Shown: positions 34,785-37,284 of the stretch, piece after piece
Layout: each line of letters starts with the position of its first letter
Numbering within the stretch: the first letter of the stretch is position 1
DNA from: an uncultured Candidatus Saccharibacteria bacterium
Lineage (GTDB): Bacteria > Patescibacteriota > Minisyncoccia > Phycocordibacterales > UBA9973
Direction: 5' to 3'
Length of the DNA stretch: 37,284 nucleotides
NCBI GenBank assembly: GCA_964605995.1
Contig: CAZSEN010000002.1
Coordinates: forward strand, 5,350-42,633
Notes under the pieces: model-generated
Database searches by the model: none
The model's input: the letters and a program-made list of their open reading frames with translations, nothing else
What the model was told of the DNA's origin: nothing
Program-made: the position numbers and the translations under genes

Positions 34785-35207
34785 ATGAGATTATCAGAAG
34801 CAATTGAAAAGTTCACAAAGTGGAGAGCGTTTCAAGTTAAAAAGGCAACAGTCACAGGATACGACCTTATACTTCGTCAGTTCTGCATGTACGTTCGTGA
34901 TTGTGAAATTGAACATGTGCGTTTAGAAGATGTTGTTTCATGGTTTGAATTAATGGCTCATCTGAATTGGAAATACAATTCATTCATTCCAAAAGCACAA
35001 GCGCTGAAGAAGTTCTTTGAGTTTTATAAAAGACAAGGACTTCTTGTTCTTGATCCTGGGCTTATTCCATCACCATCAAAGCAGTACAATATTCCACGCG
35101 TTGCAACAGAGGAAAATTACTCCAAGTTGCTTGCGGCAATTCCTGCTGGTAGTAACGATCCCCGGCATATTCGCAATAAGGCAATCATCATGCTTCTCTG
35201 GGATAGC
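34785..35207 (+). pseudogene. truncated tyrosine recombinase (N-terminal SAM-like domain and start of catalytic domain only)
   Basis: SEAIEKFTKWRAF...VTGYDLILRQFCMYV...RLEDVVSWF...KAQALKKFFEFYKRQG...ATEENYSKLLAAI...IRNKAIIMLLWDS. Homology stops just before the expected Arg-I box, where the hicA 3' end begins. Confidence 0.6.
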
Positions 35208-35214
35208 CAACCAC

Positions 35215-35469
35215 TTATTTTTTATTGCTGGTATAGAAAAATGCCCTCAATTCGTGCTCAGGAATGTGTGGTAGAAGCTTTTTGAATATCTGATGCAAAG
35301 TTCCGCGATCTATTTCTTTATGTGCTGGGATGGTAATGATTTGTTTTGCTCTATTGATTACCCGGACAAGGTTAACATGGCTTCCTCGGATTCTGCTTAT
35401 TTCAAAACCGTGATGTCTACAAAACCCAATCACTTCTTTTCCAGAAACCCGCTTCAACTTGTTAGGCAT
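35215..35469 (-). CDS. hicA: HicA-family toxin
   Basis: KRVSGKEVIGFCRHHGFEISRIRGSHVNLVR...ITIPAHKEIDRGTLHQIFKK. Confidence 0.8.
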   Translation of the reverse strand: MPNKLKRVSGKEVIGFCRHHGFEISRIRGSHVNLVRVINRAKQIITIPAHKEIDRGTLHQIFKKLLPHIPEHELRAFFYTSNKK

Positions 35470-35692
35470 GTAAGGAAATCGGTAATTCGTAATTGATAAA
35501 AATCGAAGGAGTGCGACTTATGGATTTTTGATCAGCCTTTGCTTCCTCAAAGTACAGTTCAGTTGCCTCAGAAATATTTTTTACGAGTCCTTCAAGATTC
35601 TTGGCCTGGGTTACAATAGGGAAGTTGGCTGCGGAGGCAACGTAATGACCGTCCTGACCTTTTTCAATAACAAAGTGGATGATGTTCTTCAT
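35462..35692 (-). CDS. hicB: HicB-family antitoxin
   Basis: MKNIIHFVIEKGQDGHYVASAANFPIVTQAKNLEGLVKNISEATELYFEE. ATG at 35692. 8-nt overlap with hicA. Confidence 0.75.
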   Translation of the reverse strand: MKNIIHFVIEKGQDGHYVASAANFPIVTQAKNLEGLVKNISEATELYFEEAKADQKSISRTPSIFINYELPISLHA

Positions 35693-35699
35693 ATTATTG

Positions 35700-35727
35700 A
35701 TTATACAGGTGTTTCGTATTTTGGCAA
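35700..35727 (-). promoter_or_regulatory. sigma-70-type promoter for hicBA
   Basis: Minus strand: TTGCCA (35722-35727), a 16-nt spacer, and TATAAT (35700-35705), 7 nt before the hicB ATG. Confidence 0.55.
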
Positions 35728-35750
35728 TGCTGTGTTCGGGGCTGACCCTC

Positions 35751-35780
35751 TTGACAATCAAATAGGGAGTAGGGTATAAT
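35751..35780 (+). promoter_or_regulatory. near-consensus sigma-70 promoter, divergent from hicBA
   Basis: TTGACA (35751-35756), an 18-nt spacer, and TATAAT (35775-35780). Confidence 0.55.
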
Positions 35781-35786
35781 TTTTTC

Positions 35787-35985
35787 GGTTGAATTATAAA
35801 TCTTAATAACAAGACCGTTGCCCTGCTTGCAGGGAGGTTCCGACATCAGTCGGAACAGAGACGAACAACGGTGGCTTGAATTTAGCTTCTCTTTTTCTGT
35901 TTCTATGGTAAGCTAATTGCGTTCTGACTTTTTGTCGGAACCATAAAGCCCGCTGTGATTCGTCTCCGGCGGGCTTTATGGTTTT
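35787..35985 (+). ncRNA. candidate ~200-nt non-coding transcript or leader (unit U2)
   Basis: No ORF. Stems accgttg/caacggt, ccctg/caggg and ttccgac/gtcggaa. A second gtcggaacc copy (35934-35942) overlaps the terminator arm. Confidence 0.35.
35939..35985 (+). terminator. strong intrinsic terminator (15-bp perfect stem) ending 2 nt before the next ATG
   Basis: aaccataaagcccgc (35939-35953) pairs with gcgggctttatggtt (35969-35983), followed by TT and then the ATG at 35986. Confidence 0.65.
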
Positions 35986-36432
35986 ATGTTGTTTAAGAAA
36001 AAAGAGAAATTCATGGCAATGCAAATCGCTGTTTATGCAGCGTACTTGCGAAAAAAGGGGATAAGCGGAGATGATTATTGGCTTAAAGCTTTTTTGAAAT
36101 TCACCAGGAAGCAGGACATACACGATGTTGTAGATTCAGATGTAAGGGAATTTTGCGAAAGCATAAGAATGGTACACACGCCCTATGCAATGATTAAGGT
36201 CCACAGGGAAATAAATAACCTAAGGAGGTATTATTGCGCGCGAAGTAAAAATATCAAAAAGAGTAAAGGGGGAAGACCGTTCGACATTGACAAGATCATG
36301 CTTGTAAAAAATCTAAGTAAGAACGGGCTTAGTGTTCGCAAAATCTCTGCCACGCTTGGCTTTTATCCAACACAAGTACAGCGTTGGAATAAATTTCCGG
36401 AGAAGAAGCTGGAGGAGTTTTCCCCAACATAA
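35986..36432 (+). CDS. integrase N-terminal SAM-like domain fused to a C-terminal HTH (no catalytic domain)
   Basis: AVYAAYLRKKGISGDDYWLKAFLKFTRKQDIHDVVDSDVREFCESI matches the SAM-like pattern. GRPFDIDKIMLVKNLSKNGLSVRKISATLGFYPTQVQRW is a resolvase-type HTH. The start could instead be the ATG at 36013. Confidence 0.55.
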   Translation: MLFKKKEKFMAMQIAVYAAYLRKKGISGDDYWLKAFLKFTRKQDIHDVVDSDVREFCESIRMVHTPYAMIKVHREINNLRRYYCARSKNIKKSKGGRPFDIDKIMLVKNLSKNGLSVRKISATLGFYPTQVQRWNKFPEKKLEEFSPT

Positions 36433-36507
36433 TCTGTACACAAAACCATCGGCGTGATATTCTAGAGTCAGTAACAACGATCCTTCAATGATAACAGGGG
36501 ATTTACT

Positions 36508-36532
36508 ACCGAATTCATCGGTCGATTTTTTT
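36508..36532 (+). terminator. weak intrinsic terminator
   Basis: accga/tcggt stem followed by a T7 run. Confidence 0.4.
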
Positions 36533-36538
36533 GTTTAG

Positions 36539-36570
36539 CGAATGTCGCACAATATATCTTTTGCGACATT
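36539..36570. repeat. right copy of 20-bp direct repeat embedded in a palindrome (candidate attR / original attB hairpin)
   Basis: cgaatgtcgcacaatatatc (36539-36558). Arms aatgtcgca (36541-36549) and tgcgacatt (36562-36570) are reverse complements around a 12-nt spacer. Confidence 0.6.
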
Positions 36571-36636
36571 AAAATAATCAACAAATAAAAACCAGCCCTG
36601 ATAAAGAGCTGGTTATAAAAAACTAATTCAAAATGA

Positions 36637-36975
36637 TCACCTTATATTATTCTCGCGAAGAATTCTCTCAATTGATTCTTCCAAGTCGTTTTCTATCTTG
36701 TAATTTCCCAGGCTTATAAAATTAAATTTTTTCCTGAACGCATTCTCTCCTAGCCTTAGGAGTAATTTTTTTATAAACGCTTCAAGGAAAGACGGGTTTA
36801 CTGAATATATGTATTCCGGTATCTCTATGATTATTTGATTGTAATTCCGTGAAATATCATCAATTGATGATATTTCACGGACAAGATTCCCGAATTCCCT
36901 TCCAGTAAACACCCTAGATCCTGGTTTTTTGAACCTGCCGAGGTCGATTATTACAAGCGGTTTGATTTTAGCCAT
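36637..36975 (-). CDS. STAS-like (DUF4325-type) protein, chromosomal paralog of 14492-14920
   Basis: MAKIKPLVIIDLGRFKKPGSRVFTGREFGNLVREI...NPSFLEAFIKKLL. I prefer the ATG at 36975; the track extends the ORF to 37110, through the terminator. Confidence 0.55.
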   Translation of the reverse strand: MAKIKPLVIIDLGRFKKPGSRVFTGREFGNLVREISSIDDISRNYNQIIIEIPEYIYSVNPSFLEAFIKKLLLRLGENAFRKKFNFISLGNYKIENDLEESIERILRENNIR

Positions 36976-37096
36976 TGCTAAGATATTTTGTTTTTTGATG
37001 TGCTTTTCCTCAAACACTCTACCAAAATTTCCAATTAAATCAACGCTTGCTTTTTTAGACAAAATTGAAAATTCAAAAAATAAAAGATAAATAAAA

Positions 37097-37126
37097 ATCC
37101 GCCCGAACATATTCGGGCGGATTTTT
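37097..37126. terminator. bidirectional intrinsic terminator
   Basis: atccgcccgaa-cata-ttcgggcggat, flanked by an A-run and a T-run. Confidence 0.7.
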
Positions 37127-37145
37127 ATTTACTGAATGAAGAAAA

Positions 37146-37284
37146 TTATGGAGCGACTAGCGGAGCGTTAAGATCAAAATCGGTCGGTTGCCCATTTTTT
37201 ATGCGAGTCATATTGCTTACGAAAGATTCCCAAAGCAGCTCGATAAAAACATAATTCCATAGATACGACGCCGGACCTGCAAGA
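37146..37284 (-). CDS. partial CDS (C-terminal 45 codons, enters from right edge), unknown product
   Basis: The frame ...LAGPASYLWNYVFIELLWESFVSNMTRIKNGQPTDFDLNAPLVAP is open to the edge. The stop is the complement of tta at 37146-37148, and a terminator follows. Confidence 0.4.
   Translation of the reverse strand, partial: LAGPASYLWNYVFIELLWESFVSNMTRIKNGQPTDFDLNAPLVAP

Larger units (their letters stand above)
1801..36558. mobile_element. putative integrated composite mobile element bounded by 20-bp perfect direct repeats
   Basis: cgaatgtcgcacaatatatc occurs at 1801-1820 and 36539-36558. The interior holds replication, recombinase, mobilization, toxin-antitoxin and cargo genes. The flanks are housekeeping-like. 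Confidence 0.5.

Noticed and set aside
1-37284. CRISPR, TIGR-like or other spacer-repeat arrays, rRNA, intact tRNA, tmRNA, RNase P and SRP RNA
   Set aside because: I scanned the intergenic regions by eye for regularly spaced short repeats and for the conserved cores of these RNAs. I found none beyond the tRNA-Asn fragment. A covariance-model scan is still advisable.

Overview
Mosaic, accessory-rich window. I saw no rRNA, no intact tRNA and no CRISPR-like array. The two edges (1-1800 and 36559-37284) carry chromosomal-looking genes: rpmA, a CAP/SCP-domain secreted protein and a STAS-like DUF4325-type gene. Their sequence style looks Patescibacteria/CPR-like to me; this is an inference, not a search result. 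Between the edges lie about 34.7 kb bracketed by a perfect 20-bp direct repeat (1801-1820 and 36539-36558). The right copy sits inside a palindromic hairpin, so this is probably an integrated composite mobile element. The outer parts of the element carry a replication-initiator-like winged-helix gene with iteron-like repeats, a sigma-70-family-like gene, a stand-alone DnaJ-type zinc-finger protein, a truncated tyrosine recombinase abutting a hicBA cassette, and two promoter-to-terminator non-coding units of about 200 nt. The centre is a Bacteroidota-style integrative mobilizable element: an excisionase-like HTH gene, a tyrosine integrase, an attP-like site, a TraG/VirD4 coupling protein, a MobC-like gene and a relaxase. 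The attP-like site is a tRNA-Asn 3' fragment flanked by six TTCCGCACC-type repeats. Cargo follows this core. The most unusual cargo is at 13.9-20.1 kb. It contains a STAS-like plus TM gene pair, a J-domain protein with HPD changed to HED, a membrane-anchored JAB/MPN protein, a cytoplasmic trypsin-like protease with two small partner ORFs, and a short RadC-like JAB protein. Two copies of a structured non-coding repeat of about 165 nt are interleaved with these genes, the first inside a 660-nt ORF-free hairpin-rich region. I regard this as the best candidate for an undescribed system, with function unknown. Further cargo includes XRE/TM modules, an exported lipoprotein with a complete DnaJ cysteine-rich zinc-finger module next to a thioredoxin-like protein, and a T9SS-sorted S8 protease cluster. 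All homology calls come from motif recognition by eye and need HMM or BLAST confirmation.
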